Shown: positions 28,193-38,798, counted from the first letter of the stretch. The stretch is 60,445 nt of DNA from Cyanobacteria bacterium J06627_8 (GCA_038520475.1 JBCBLF010000003.1:1-60445), one strand, 5' to 3'. Numbers and translations: made by a program. The notes: a model not told the origin generated them from the sequence alone.

Positions 28193-28290
28193 AGCCATTT
28201 AGGCTAGGACACCGAGTATTATCCGGGTCCTTTGCACGCATCCAAATGGCTCGCCGTCTTGTCCTAATGGAACTGGCGACGGCTATAACT
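28193..28290. repeat. Right copy of the imperfect inverted repeat of about 100 nt
   Basis: See 24961-25057. It lies upstream of the lipoprotein-dinB operon start and about 0.9 kb upstream of psaA. Confidence 0.75.
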
Positions 28291-29165
28291 GCGATCGCGG
28301 TTAGTTCTATTCCATTTGAGATCCGAGTTGAGCAAGAGTGGCCTCGAACAGCCCCTTCGTGAATCGGCCACGACTATAAGGTGTTGGCCTCAAAGAAAAC
28401 GATGAAGAAGACAAGCTTGACGAAACTGAAGCGGAGTTGCTCCGTCGTTTGGAGCGAAAGGGACAGCACCTAAAGTGAAAAAAGAGTCCTCAATGAAACA
28501 ACCCGAACAGGATGAAAAATTGCAAGGTTGCCCTCGTAGAAAGCCGCCCTTCAATTTTTCATATCAACACTCAGTTCGCCAGAATCAGTTTTTAGCCAGG
28601 TTCAATATAGAAATTCTCAATTGTTAATCGAGCAACACAGGTTGACATCATTTGTTAAGCATTCGCTCGTGATTAAACTTTGAAAGAAAACTGAAATCGT
28701 TAATTTTCATACGATAAGGCGAAAGCCTTTAACGATCAGCAGAAAGCCCTTAGAAGACGTTTTAGATATTCAAGTTATTTTGAGTTTTGTAACATCATTG
28801 CAAGCGCAAACTCAAAATCTGCGGGCCTACTTTGGTCGAAAACATAGCAAAGATCATGCTTTGCACAGTTTGAATTATTGTTAAACCCGTCTGAAATGAC
28901 GTAGATCGCAGCACTATAATGCTCGAAAGACCGTCTTCTAGATAGGTTGAAACTCCGCTCTGGCTTGCATCTCGGGAATTAAAGCGGTCATCGACTGCTC
29001 CGAATGTATGGCTGGATTGTTTTCCAGGCAGTTTGGATCGCTTTTGAGATGCAAGCGTTGACCTGTAACAACCTTTGTAACGGACACCGACATCTGTCAT
29101 GTCTGATGCAAGTTCTAGAAGAGTAGAGTCAATCCGTTCTTTGTCTAGAGAGAGGAGAGTCTCTA

Positions 29166-31433
29166 ATGACAACTACCCCGCGCGAGCGCGGTGCAGAAGT
29201 CAAAGTCACGGTTGATACTGATCCGGTTCCTACTTCATTTGAGAAGTGGGCAAAGCCTGGTCATTTTGATCGAACTTTGGCAAAAGGACCCAAAACCACA
29301 ACTTGGATTTGGAACCTGCACGCTGACGCTCACGATTTTGATAGTCATACCAGTGACTTAGAAGATATATCTCGAAAAATCTTCAGTGCTCACTTTGGTC
29401 ATCTGGCCATTGTGTTTATCTGGCTAAGCGGCATGTATTTCCATGGCGCTAAATTTTCAAATTACGAAGCATGGTTAGCTGATCCGCTGAGCATCAAACC
29501 AAGTGCTCAAACGGTTTGGCCCATTGTTGGACAAGAAATTCTTAACGCTGATGTCGGCGGTGGATTCCACGGAATTCAGATCACGACTGGCTTCTTCCAA
29601 CTGTGGCGTGCGTCTGGTATTACAACCGAATTTCAACTCTACTGCACAGCAATCGGTGGCCTTGTTATGGCTGGCTTGATGCTGTTTGCAGGCTGGTTCC
29701 ACTATCACAAGAAGGCTCCCAAGCTGGAGTGGTTCCAAAACGTTGAATCAATGTTGAACCACCACCTCGCAGGCTTGCTGGGTCTTGGTTCGTTGGGTTG
29801 GGCAGGTCACCAGATTCATGTTTCCTTGCCGATTAATAAGCTATTGGATGCAGGTGTTGCGCCTGCGGATATTCCTTTGCCTCATGAGTTCATCCTTGAT
29901 CGGAGCTTGATGGCAGAGCTTTACCCAAGTTTTGCGAAGGGAGTGACTCCATTCTTTACGTTAGATTGGGCGGCCTATTCAGATTTTCTAACCTTTAAGG
30001 GTGGTTTGAATCCTGTAACTGGTGGTTTGTGGCTCTCTGATACTGCTCATCACCACTTGGCGATCGCCGTTCTGTTCATCATTGCAGGACACATGTATCG
30101 CACAAACTGGGGCATTGGTCACAGCATGAAGGAAATTCTCGAAGGCCACAAAGGTGACCCTCTCCTCTTTGGTGGAAAAGGTCATGACGGTCTTTATGAA
30201 ATCCTGACAACCTCCTGGCATGCTCAGTTGGCGCTTAACCTAGCCCTCCTAGGTTCATTGACCATCATCGTGGCTCAGCATATGTATGCGATGCCGCCTT
30301 ATCCATATTTAGCAACTGACTACCCAGCTCAGCTCTCACTCTTCACTCACCATATGTGGATTGGAGGCTTCCTGGTTGTTGGTGCAGGTGCACACGGTGC
30401 CATCTTCATGGTGCGCGACTACGACCCTGCTAAGAATGTGGATAACGTTCTTGACCGAGTCATCCGCGTTCGTGATGCCATTATTTCCCACTTGAACTGG
30501 GTTTGTATTTTCCTTGGCTTCCACAGCTTCGGTCTCTACATCCATAACGACACGATGCGTGCGTTGGGTCGCCCTCAGGACATGTTCTCTGATAGTGCGA
30601 TTCAGCTACAGCCTATCTTTGCTCAATGGATTCAGAGTTTGCACACTGCTGCAGCTGGAACAACGGCTCCGAATGCCCTTTCCACTGCGAGTGTTGCGTT
30701 CGGTGGTGATATGGTTGCCGTGGGTGGAAAGGTCGCAATGATGCCCATTCCATTGGGTACGGCAGACTTCATGGTTCACCACATCCACGCCTTCACCATT
30801 CATGTCACTGTACTGATTTTGTTGAAGGGCGTACTCTATGCTCGCAACTCTCGTCTCATTCCTGATAAGAGCGAATTGGGTTTCCGATTCCCTTGTGACG
30901 GTCCAGGTCGGGGTGGTACGTGCCAGGTTTCTGGTTGGGACCACGTTTTCTTGGGCCTCTTCTGGATGTACAACTCTCTGTCGATTGTGATTTTCCACTT
31001 CAGTTGGAAAATGCAGTCTGACGTATGGGGAACCGTTAATCCGGATGGATCGGTCGCTCATATTACGGCAGGTAATTTTGCGCAGAGTGCTCTGTCCATT
31101 AATGGATGGTTGAGAGACTTCCTCTGGGCTCAGGCAGCGAACGTGATTAATTCCTACGGTTCGGCGCTTTCTGCCTATGGCTTGTTGTTCTTGGGTGCTC
31201 ACTTTATTTGGGCATTCAGCCTCATGTTCCTGTTTAGTGGACGTGGATATTGGCAAGAGCTTATCGAATCCATCGTTTGGGCTCACAACAAGCTGAAAGT
31301 TGCTCCTGCGATTCAGCCTCGTGCATTGAGCATTATTCAAGGCCGTGCTGTTGGAGTAGCGCATTACCTCCTTGGTGGAATTGTGACCACTTGGTCATTC
31401 TTCCTCGCCCGAATCATTGCAGTATCCGGTTGA
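29166..31433 (+). CDS. psaA: Photosystem I P700 chlorophyll a apoprotein A1
   Basis: 755 aa with the [12 protein letters not shown] Fx-cluster loop and conserved helices throughout. Confidence 0.99.
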   Translation: MTTTPRERGAEVKVTVDTDPVPTSFEKWAKPGHFDRTLAKGPKTTTWIWNLHADAHDFDSHTSDLEDISRKIFSAHFGHLAIVFIWLSGMYFHGAKFSNYEAWLADPLSIKPSAQTVWPIVGQEILNADVGGGFHGIQITTGFFQLWRASGITTEFQLYCTAIGGLVMAGLMLFAGWFHYHKKAPKLEWFQNVESMLNHHLAGLLGLGSLGWAGHQIHVSLPINKLLDAGVAPADIPLPHEFILDRSLMAELYPSFAKGVTPFFTLDWAAYSDFLTFKGGLNPVTGGLWLSDTAHHHLAIAVLFIIAGHMYRTNWGIGHSMKEILEGHKGDPLLFGGKGHDGLYEILTTSWHAQLALNLALLGSLTIIVAQHMYAMPPYPYLATDYPAQLSLFTHHMWIGGFLVVGAGAHGAIFMVRDYDPAKNVDNVLDRVIRVRDAIISHLNWVCIFLGFHSFGLYIHNDTMRALGRPQDMFSDSAIQLQPIFAQWIQSLHTAAAGTTAPNALSTASVAFGGDMVAVGGKVAMMPIPLGTADFMVHHIHAFTIHVTVLILLKGVLYARNSRLIPDKSELGFRFPCDGPGRGGTCQVSGWDHVFLGLFWMYNSLSIVIFHFSWKMQSDVWGTVNPDGSVAHITAGNFAQSALSINGWLRDFLWAQAANVINSYGSALSAYGLLFLGAHFIWAFSLMFLFSGRGYWQELIESIVWAHNKLKVAPAIQPRALSIIQGRAVGVAHYLLGGIVTTWSFFLARIIAVSG

Positions 31434-31458
31434 GCATGAGGAGGACTAATTAAGACTT

Positions 31459-33675
31459 ATGGCAACCAAATTCCCAAAATTTAGCCAAGATTTGGCGCAA
31501 GATCCAACCACACGTCGGATCTGGTACGGGATTGCCACCGCCCACGACTTTGAAAGCCACGATGGCATGACAGAAGAAAATCTTTATCAAAAGATTTTCG
31601 CGTCTCACTTTGGTCATCTTGCAATCATTTTCTTGTGGACATCGGGCAGCCTGTTTCACGTTGCTTGGCAAGGTAACTTCGAGCAGTGGATCACTGATCC
31701 GCTCAACATTCGTCCAATCGCCCATGCGATTTGGGATCCTCACTTTGGTCAACCTGCGGTTGATGCGTTCACTCAGGCTGGTGCGTCTGGTCCGGTGAAC
31801 ATTGCATACTCTGGGGTCTACCACTGGTGGTACACCATCGGTATGCGAACCAATGGTGACCTCTACAGCGGCGCAGTATTTCTCTTGATCATGTCCGCTG
31901 TGTTCTTGTTTGCAGGTTGGCTTCACCTCCAACCTAAGTTCCGTCCGAGCTTGTCTTGGTTCAAGAATGCTGAGTCTCGCCTCAATCACCACTTGGCTGG
32001 TTTGTTTGGCGTTAGCTCCTTAGCTTGGACTGGCCACCTTGTTCACGTTGCGATTCCTGAATCCCGTGGACAGCATGTGGGTTGGGATAACTTCTTGACG
32101 ACTCCTCCACACCCAGCAGGGCTTCAGCCTTTCTTCACTGGAAACTGGGGAGTATATGCTCAGAATCCTGACACGGCTGGCCATATGTTCGGTACGGCTG
32201 ATGGTGCAGGTAGCGCAATTCTGACGTTCTTGGGTGGTTTCCATCCTCAGACAGAAGCGTTGTGGCTGACTGACATTGCTCATCACCACTTGGCGATCGC
32301 CGTTCTCTTTATCATTGCGGGTCACATGTACCGGACAAACTTCGGTATTGGACACAGCATCAAGGAGATTCTAGGTACGCACCGTCCTCCTGAAGGAACT
32401 CCTTTCGGAGGCATGCTAGGTGAGGGTCACAAGGGTTTGTATGACACTATCAACAACTCCTTGCACTTCCAGCTTGGCTTAGCGTTGGCTTCCCTCGGCG
32501 TTGTCACGTCATTGGTTGCGCAGCATATGTATTCGCTGCCATCCTATGCATTCATCGCTCGGGACTACACCACTCAGGCGGCACTCTACACTCATCACCA
32601 GTACATTGCTGGATTCTTGATGGTTGGTGCGTTTGCTCACGGTGCGATTTTCTTCGTTCGTGACTATGACCCTGAGGCTAACAAAGGCAACGTTCTTTAT
32701 CGAATGCTGGAGCACAAGGAAGCCCTCATCTCTCACTTGAGCTGGGTTTCGTTGTTCCTTGGTTTCCACACGCTTGGGTTGTACGTTCACAACGACACTG
32801 TTGTTGCATTCGGAACTCCTGAGAAGCAGATTCTTGTTGAGCCTGTCTTTGCTCAGTGGGTTCAAGCAGCTTCCGGTAAGGTTCTCTACGGCTTCGATGT
32901 ATTGCTGTCTAACGCGGATAGCATTACAAATACGTCAAATGCCGTGTACTTGCCTGGTTGGTTTGATGCGATTAACAGCAGCGGCAACTCCTTGTTCCTG
33001 ACCATTGGGCCTGGCGATTTCTTGGTTCACCATGCGATCGCTTTAGGACTACACACCACCACATTGATTTTGGTCAAAGGTGCGTTGGATGCTCGTGGTT
33101 CTAAGCTCATGCCAGACAAGAAGGATTTCGGCTACAGCTTCCCTTGTGACGGTCCTGGACGGGGCGGTACATGTGACATCTCTGCATGGGATTCCTTCTA
33201 CCTCGCGATGTTCTGGATGCTGAACACCATTGGTTGGGTCACCTTCTACTGGCACTGGAAACATCTCGGCATCTGGCAAGGAAATGTTGCTCAATTCAAC
33301 ACCTCATCCACGTATTTGATGGGTTGGTTGCGTGACTACCTCTGGCTCAACTCTGCACAGCTTATTAACGGATATAATCCGTTTGGTATGAACAACCTGT
33401 CGGTTTGGGCATGGATGTTCCTCTTTGGACACCTTGTTTGGGCGACTGGTTTCATGTTCCTCATCTCCTGGAGAGGATACTGGCAAGAGTTGATCGAGAC
33501 TATCGTTTGGGCGCATGAGCGGACTCCGCTAGCGAACCTTGTTCGTTGGAAGGATAAGCCTGTTGCACTTTCGATCGTTCAGGCACGTCTCGTTGGTTTG
33601 GCTCACTTTACGATTGGGTACATTCTGACGTATGCCGCATTCCTCATTGCCTCGACGGCGAGTCGATACGGCTGA
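31459..33675 (+). CDS. psaB: Photosystem I P700 chlorophyll a apoprotein A2
   Basis: 738 aa starting [24 protein letters not shown], with the [12 protein letters not shown] loop. It begins 25 nt after psaA. Confidence 0.99.
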   Translation: MATKFPKFSQDLAQDPTTRRIWYGIATAHDFESHDGMTEENLYQKIFASHFGHLAIIFLWTSGSLFHVAWQGNFEQWITDPLNIRPIAHAIWDPHFGQPAVDAFTQAGASGPVNIAYSGVYHWWYTIGMRTNGDLYSGAVFLLIMSAVFLFAGWLHLQPKFRPSLSWFKNAESRLNHHLAGLFGVSSLAWTGHLVHVAIPESRGQHVGWDNFLTTPPHPAGLQPFFTGNWGVYAQNPDTAGHMFGTADGAGSAILTFLGGFHPQTEALWLTDIAHHHLAIAVLFIIAGHMYRTNFGIGHSIKEILGTHRPPEGTPFGGMLGEGHKGLYDTINNSLHFQLGLALASLGVVTSLVAQHMYSLPSYAFIARDYTTQAALYTHHQYIAGFLMVGAFAHGAIFFVRDYDPEANKGNVLYRMLEHKEALISHLSWVSLFLGFHTLGLYVHNDTVVAFGTPEKQILVEPVFAQWVQAASGKVLYGFDVLLSNADSITNTSNAVYLPGWFDAINSSGNSLFLTIGPGDFLVHHAIALGLHTTTLILVKGALDARGSKLMPDKKDFGYSFPCDGPGRGGTCDISAWDSFYLAMFWMLNTIGWVTFYWHWKHLGIWQGNVAQFNTSSTYLMGWLRDYLWLNSAQLINGYNPFGMNNLSVWAWMFLFGHLVWATGFMFLISWRGYWQELIETIVWAHERTPLANLVRWKDKPVALSIVQARLVGLAHFTIGYILTYAAFLIASTASRYG

Positions 33676-33704
33676 TAAGAGTGCTTAATCTCGATTAGAC
33701 AAAG

Positions 33705-33733
33705 AAGCCTTCGCTCGTGCGGAGGCTTTTTTG
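33705..33733 (+). terminator. Intrinsic terminator 1 after psaB
   Basis: A 10-bp stem aagccttcgc/gcggaggctt (one G-U pair) with a 4-nt loop, followed by a T6 run. Confidence 0.8.
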
Positions 33734-33759
33734 TTGCTTACGCGTAATTCCTTCAAGAC

Positions 33760-33823
33760 CCGCTACAGATGAGGGAGCACTCACACAATGCGTGAGTGCT
33801 CCCTCATCTGTAGCGGATTTTTG
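33760..33823 (+). terminator. Second, very long hairpin terminator after psaB (25-bp perfect stem)
   Basis: ccgctacagatgagggagcactcac / gtgagtgctccctcatctgtagcgg with a 7-nt loop, followed by ATTTTT. Confidence 0.75.
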
Positions 33824-33948
33824 GAGAATTGGTATGACTAGGAACGATTAGCGCTTCTTCGCGAATTCATACCAAACATGTGCAGCCCAAATCTTTGGTA
33901 GGGTACGAAGGAAACATTTTCTTAATGTGAAGAACGCAACGGCATCTT

Positions 33949-34263
33949 ATGGTAATCGAGTGGCTACAATTCCGTGTACAGGAAGATCTTCGTGAGCAGT
34001 TTGTTCAGCTTGATGAAGAGATTTGGACAGCAGCGCTGTCGCAATATGATGGGTTTCTTGGGAAAGAAGTTTGGATTAGTGCCGAAGATTTAACAGAGGT
34101 AGTTGCGACGATTCGATGGGATAGCACCGATTCATGGTTTTCGATTCCAGACTCTGATTTGCAGCGCATTGATGCACGATTTATTGAAGCCATGGGAGAC
34201 GGCACATTTGAGTTGCTTGATGCTAAGGCGTATCAGGTCCGAAAGTTTTCGTCGTCTCAATAA
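33949..34263 (+). CDS. Small Dabb/ABM-fold-like conserved cyanobacterial protein (TIGR03792-like)
   Basis: 104 aa starting MVIEWLQFRVQEDLREQF...IWT..L..YDGFLGKEVW. The pattern resembles the ferredoxin-like ABM family. This is recognition by memory only. Confidence 0.55.
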   Translation: MVIEWLQFRVQEDLREQFVQLDEEIWTAALSQYDGFLGKEVWISAEDLTEVVATIRWDSTDSWFSIPDSDLQRIDARFIEAMGDGTFELLDAKAYQVRKFSSSQ

Positions 34264-34363
34264 GGCATGGTCCTGCTAAGCCGGGTTTTAGAGAAACGAG
34301 TTGTACGGACAAACAGAATCAATACCGCCTATAGTGGAAGCATTCAGAGTCACATCGAGCTTC

Positions 34364-34720
34364 ATGCCTGACTGTCCACGTTGCAAGAGAACGGTTGATT
34401 CACGGGCGATCGCCTGCCCATACTGCAAAAATCCGCTAAAGGCATTTGGTCACAAAGGAATACCGCTGCACCAGTCGGTGGACGGGGATTACCTGTGTGC
34501 GACCTGTCTGTATCACGAAGATGACTCCTGTAATTTTCCCAAGCGTCCCTACGCAAAAGAATGCACACTGTATCACAATGCATCCGTTCCAGTCATTGAG
34601 GATGAGCCAGCACCAATATCTGTAGGAACAAAGTTGAACAAATGGATGAAGCGCAATTCAACATTGATGTTGTTCTTGGGTCTGATTGTAATTAGCTTGG
34701 TGATTGTGCTGTTGCCGTAA
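34364..34720 (+). CDS. Zinc-ribbon protein with a C-terminal TM anchor
   Basis: CPRC...CPYC and CATC...C pairs, with a terminal hydrophobic helix (LMLFLGLIVISLVIVLL). ATG 34364 is preferred over the TTG at 34301. Confidence 0.6.
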   Translation: MPDCPRCKRTVDSRAIACPYCKNPLKAFGHKGIPLHQSVDGDYLCATCLYHEDDSCNFPKRPYAKECTLYHNASVPVIEDEPAPISVGTKLNKWMKRNSTLMLFLGLIVISLVIVLLP

Positions 34721-34752
34721 ATGTCTTTGTGCTCAGTCATTTTTCTGAATAC

Positions 34753-34783
34753 AAAAAAAGGTTGATGGGATTGATTCATCAAC
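34753..34783 (-). terminator. Orphan intrinsic terminator oriented for the minus strand
   Basis: A 7-bp stem gttgatg/catcaac. The A7 run at 34753-59 becomes a U7 tract after the hairpin on the minus strand only. Confidence 0.6.
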
Positions 34784-34805
34784 GATTCACCTCGATATCC
34801 CACAC

Positions 34806-34964
34806 TTAAATAGAAGCAGGACTTACGTATGTCAACAGCAACAACCATGCGTGAGTCATAAGGACGTACGCATGTGTAGGTGTAGGTGGAGTGATGGCTC
34901 CATACACGGTATGAACCTTACGGGGCGAGCACGACTTAGTAGTGAATTGAGAATGGCTATCCAT
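34806..34964 (-). CDS. Candidate 52-codon small ORF (or non-coding transcript) ending 23 nt before the orphan terminator
   Basis: Hand translation gives MDSHSQFTTKSCSPRKVHTVYGAITPPTPTHAYVLMTHAWLLLLTYVSPASI. Only a weak GAGGG lies upstream, and I recognise no homologue. Confidence 0.2.
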   Translation of the reverse strand: MDSHSQFTTKSCSPRKVHTVYGAITPPTPTHAYVLMTHAWLLLLTYVSPASI

Positions 34965-35038
34965 GGGAACAAGTACCCTCTACCCTCGATCGATCTAAGT
35001 ATCATCATCCATCTGTTAGGGTCAGGAAGGAGGCATGA

Positions 35039-35749
35039 ATGAGCGCGTTTCAGAGGGCGATCGCCATTTGTACGGGAATCGTTCTGGCTACTGCGACTAT
35101 CTTAGGAACGGCAACCATTACATGGGCGGGTACTGAAGAAGAACGAGAAGACGCGATTGAAGAACTCAATCGTTCTCAAGAGATATTCCAAGAAATCGCT
35201 GCGAACCCAGATACTCAGATTCCTACTGAGGTAATGCGAGAGAGCAAAGCCGTTATTATCATCACGAATGTTGGCCAGGGAGGCTTCATCTTTGGAGGGC
35301 GTCGGGGTGATGGGCTAATGGTGTTGCGTGAAGCCAATAGTACCTGGAGCAATCCTGCGTTTATGACATTGGGAGGAGGCAGCTTTGGCCTCCAGTTCGG
35401 TGGCCGATCCAGTGATCTAGTAATGCTCGTGATGACCCAAGAGGCGATCGACGACATTTTAGACGGTGACGTTGAACTTGGCGGCAATGTGACTGGCACG
35501 GCTGGTCCTGTTGGCGCTACTGTGGTCGATCCGGCTGCCGCAAACGGCGACATCCTAATCTACTCTCGTAGTTCGGGGCTATTCGGTGGGGCTACGGCAG
35601 GCGCTACATCTATTGAGTTTGATGATGAGCGGAATGAAGCATTCTATGGTGTTGAGAATGTGACCCCATCGCAAATATTCACGAATATCAACTTGCGACC
35701 TGCGGCTAGTGTGGCTTCACTCGAACAGACGTTACTCTTGGCTGAATAG
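35039..35749 (+). CDS. SYLF (Ysc84/DUF500) lipid-binding domain protein with a signal peptide
   Basis: An N-terminal signal-like helix, then the Gly-rich SYLF core (GGFIFGGRRGDG...GGGSFGLQFGG...GGNVTGTAGPVG). Confidence 0.8.
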   Translation: MSAFQRAIAICTGIVLATATILGTATITWAGTEEEREDAIEELNRSQEIFQEIAANPDTQIPTEVMRESKAVIIITNVGQGGFIFGGRRGDGLMVLREANSTWSNPAFMTLGGGSFGLQFGGRSSDLVMLVMTQEAIDDILDGDVELGGNVTGTAGPVGATVVDPAAANGDILIYSRSSGLFGGATAGATSIEFDDERNEAFYGVENVTPSQIFTNINLRPAASVASLEQTLLLAE

Positions 35750-35808
35750 TCGGCGGCACTAAAGCCAGTGCGCGGATTCTTCGATATTTGCCAATGGCAT
35801 CATCTAAG

Positions 35809-36531
35809 TTAAGGAGACAGCCGCGCTTTCTTTGCACGATTGTCTTCATACCAATGGGCAACGGTCGGACACCATTCTTCGAAGCGAAGATAGAGCAGCT
35901 CACAGAATTTTTGAGCTTCGAGCTGTGCGTCCCGTTTCCAGCGCAAGTCTAGAAGGTGCATCAGGCTTCGAGTATTGCAGCTCAACACGAAATTTTGCCT
36001 CGCGTCAAAGGGAATCAGTCCTCGCGCATGTTCTTCAGCGAGTCCCTCTTCAATCCGCTGCTTGTAGCGCTTGCAGGCAGTGAGACACCAACGAATGTCA
36101 TCTTCTCGTTGATCAGCCGTGTATGGGTAGTGCTTACCCTGGCGATTGTCATATTGACCAATGGGGCGGAGGTAGAATACATCCTCAACATCTTTCTTAC
36201 CGTCAGCCACGTCAATGATGCGCTGTCCGGTATATCGGAAGGATTGAACATCAAAGCTGATCCCAACCCGGTGAGTCCGCAGCTGTTGCATCATCGAGTG
36301 GGGAAAGTAGCCCACATTGAGAGTAATTTGTGGATGCTCCAGGGGGCCATAGTGACCTCGGTTTCCAGCAAGGAGATGCTTGATGATGAGGTCACCCGCT
36401 TTTTCTTCATCAGGCCACGTGTTGCGATCATCGACCACATAACCTTCACTGTAGTCTTGGTGCATGGCCGCCCAAATGACCTGCTGAGGATTTGGTGTGG
36501 CGGCGATCGTATCTACGCAGAATTTGTTCAT
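35809..36531 (-). CDS. thyX: FAD-dependent thymidylate synthase
   Basis: A ThyX signature region QLRTHRVGISFDVQSFRY (RHR-x7-S type). It lies immediately downstream of dcd. Confidence 0.9.
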   Translation of the reverse strand: MNKFCVDTIAATPNPQQVIWAAMHQDYSEGYVVDDRNTWPDEEKAGDLIIKHLLAGNRGHYGPLEHPQITLNVGYFPHSMMQQLRTHRVGISFDVQSFRYTGQRIIDVADGKKDVEDVFYLRPIGQYDNRQGKHYPYTADQREDDIRWCLTACKRYKQRIEEGLAEEHARGLIPFDARQNFVLSCNTRSLMHLLDLRWKRDAQLEAQKFCELLYLRFEEWCPTVAHWYEDNRAKKARLSP

Positions 36532-36541
36532 GGTATTCTCC

Positions 36542-37141
36542 CTAAACCTTTGCCAATGTCACGCGTTCAGGTTGGTCTTGGTACTTGCCTCTCCGCGTTT
36601 CATAGCTGACTTGGCAAGGTTCTCCTTCTAAGAACAAGAGCTGCACAATACCTTCATTGGCGTAAATACGGCAGTCTGCACTGGAGGAGTTAGAAAACTC
36701 TAGGGTGAGATGCCCGCGCCAAGCGGCTTCGGCGGGAGTTAGATTTGCAATGATGCCGCAACGGGCATAGGTGCTTTTTCCAATACAAATGACCGTAATG
36801 TTGTTGGGGAGTTCAATTCGCTCTAAGGCAACGCCAAGCCCGTAGGAATGGGCAGGCAGGATGAAAAATTCACCACTATCGTCAGAGTGGAGTGCGGTTG
36901 ATTCTAAATTGTCTGAGTTGAAATTCTTTGGATCAACCACTTTGCCTGGAATGTGACGGAAAATGCGAAACTCAGCGGGTGAAAGACGAAGATCGTATCC
37001 GTAAGATGACAGTCCATAACTGATGACAGGACGCATTGAGCTAACAGTGCCAGAATCCACTTTGCGCACTAGCGCGGGTTCAAAGGGGATGATCATTCCC
37101 TGTTCTGCCATGCGGGCAATCCAAGCATCATTTTTAATCAT
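36542..37141 (-). CDS. dcd: dCTP deaminase
   Basis: SYGYDLRL, GKSTYARCGI and TLEFSN-type motifs of the Dcd/Dut superfamily. There is a 10-nt gap to thyX. Confidence 0.9.
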   Translation of the reverse strand: MIKNDAWIARMAEQGMIIPFEPALVRKVDSGTVSSMRPVISYGLSSYGYDLRLSPAEFRIFRHIPGKVVDPKNFNSDNLESTALHSDDSGEFFILPAHSYGLGVALERIELPNNITVICIGKSTYARCGIIANLTPAEAAWRGHLTLEFSNSSSADCRIYANEGIVQLLFLEGEPCQVSYETRRGKYQDQPERVTLAKV

Positions 37142-37315
37142 GGTGATTTCCTATGGAGATAACGACTTGCAAGATATGAAATAAACGGAAGCATGATACT
37201 AAAAGAGCTTAGACCTACCGAAAACAAGCTCCGAATGTTCCAGAGTAGTTGGGTGTTTGAATTTTTCAGGGTAATTGGGCGTTTGAAATAGAGGCTCGGA
37301 GAGCAAAGAGTTATC

Positions 37316-37852
37316 TCACACCAGACGATTGCGGCGCAACTCTGTCACTTGATCGGCAATATCAACCAACGAAACAGGCATCTCTGGGCCTGTTAAGATG
37401 ATGTCCACATGTTTTGGACGATGCCGAAGCAATTCGAGCACTTCTTGCTCATTGATGAGCCCAAACTTAATCGCAAGGCTGAGCTCATCGAGAACAACAA
37501 GAGAGTACTTTCCCTGGAGCACCATTTGCTGAGTGTGGCTCCACAGTTCGAGTAAGGCAGAGGTGTCGCTGTCTTCTAAATGAGGGGTATCAATACAGCG
37601 GGGTACATCGCATCGCAGCCAATCAAGATGCTGTCCGAGCTGAACTGGGTTGCCGCACCCCTGGGCAATGCCTCCTTTCAAAAATTGAATGACTAAGACA
37701 GGGTTACCCTGACCAGCAATTCGCAATGCCTGGGCCATCACAGTGGTAAAGAAGCTGCGATGGGAACATGTAAAGACTTGAACCAGACCTTCGACGAGAT
37801 GAGGGAACCTGGGCCTTGAATCATTAAGGGGCTTTTCTAGCTGAGAAACCAT
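37316..37852 (-). CDS. CobA/CobO/BtuR-family (corrinoid adenosyltransferase-like) protein with a degenerate P-loop
   Basis: Family blocks VIQFLKGG, VVLDELSLAIKFGLI and DIILTG are present. The canonical FTGNGKGKTT P-loop is replaced by FTCSHRSFFTT (37745-37771). Confidence 0.7.
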   Translation of the reverse strand: MVSQLEKPLNDSRPRFPHLVEGLVQVFTCSHRSFFTTVMAQALRIAGQGNPVLVIQFLKGGIAQGCGNPVQLGQHLDWLRCDVPRCIDTPHLEDSDTSALLELWSHTQQMVLQGKYSLVVLDELSLAIKFGLINEQEVLELLRHRPKHVDIILTGPEMPVSLVDIADQVTELRRNRLV

Positions 37853-38798
37853 AGGCGAACTAACAGTAGGTGTGCTCTTGGTAAAAACAGGCTGTTGTTA
37901 AAGATGCACGCAATACGCAGAACAAGCGGAATGAAAACAGTACTCTTGTATTTGCTTGGACTTATTTTACGCTGACTTTTGCTGAAACGGGCGATCGCCT
38001 TGCACACAAAACCACGAATGGTAGGCTGTGTTGCAATGCTGCACTCGATCACCGTGAGAATAAACAAAATATAGCGTACATATGGGGAAAATACCCGCCA
38101 TCTAACACCAGATATATTACGAATCTGTTGCTATGCTCCCCTAAATCTAGGGTGTATTGGCTGGCTTGCCTTGCTCAGAAATCAATCCGTTGAAAAGCCC
38201 TGTGAAATCGGATGGTTCAGAGCGATCTGCTTCCTTTTTCTTGAGCGATTGCCAATTTGATACGTGGGATTGAAGCCGAGTTTGAGCATCGTAGTCATTT
38301 CTCTAAAAGCCTTTGAATGTAGGGGATTTAGCAAGACACGTGATGATTTTTTCTCGCGGATTTGGTATCGGCAAAATCATCCTTGTGAACGAATCAGACC
38401 CTAGCTTTTTAACAGTCAGCATCATTTCTCTACAGTTCTTTAAGACTGACGCCTTGTCGTATGAGGTGGGCTGAGTTCGTTATGACTTGCAACAATACAT
38501 AAGAATGTATGAGATTAAGTCGGACTTGAGTCCGTTCTGTTCTTGACATTTCTTTGAGATGTCTTTTGGATGCTTGGTTGAAAGCGTTGCATAGCAATGC
38601 CTTTAAAGTCGGTCGCCTCTGCGCAGCGATGCCAAAGCTACCCAGCTAGTGCCCCAATTAGGATGCTAATTTTCAAAGTCAAGTTGGTAAATGAGTATCA
38701 ATGACCAACGTTGCATCCCCCCAGAGAGGATTGCGTTTCAAAGGAATGTGCAGTTCTATGAGCCGTAGAGGTTTGACTTTAAAACTAACTCTACAGCC

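Noticed and set aside
28246-28362. 38-codon ORF (MARRLVLMELATAITAIAVSS...) inside the right repeat, and its 16-codon counterpart at 24954-25004 (minus strand), as a type I toxin-like peptide.
   Set aside because: The two copies differ mostly by non-synonymous changes (about 7 non-synonymous to 1 synonymous in 14 codons) and one is truncated. I see no clear RBS. It is mentioned only as part of the repeat finding.
29475-33516. Numerous antisense or out-of-frame ORFs inside psaA/psaB (e.g. 30606-31364 at 252 aa, 31450-31992 at 180 aa, 32509-32865).
   Set aside because: They lie entirely within two unambiguous, highly conserved genes and have no recognisable motifs. They are shadow ORFs.
29166-33675. 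Possibility that psaA/psaB are far-red (FaRLiP) paralogues.
   Set aside because: There are no flanking apc, psb or rfp paralogues or other PSI subunit genes. The organisation is the standard psaAB dicistron.
35956-36609. 217-aa + strand ORF antisense to thyX.
   Set aside because: It is fully nested opposite thyX/dcd, whose identity is certain, and has no motif or plausible start context.
37853-38798. Cobalamin riboswitch upstream of the CbiM cluster.
   Set aside because: I searched by eye for the B12-box/conserved core and did not find it. It is kept only as something to test with a covariance model, not called as a feature.
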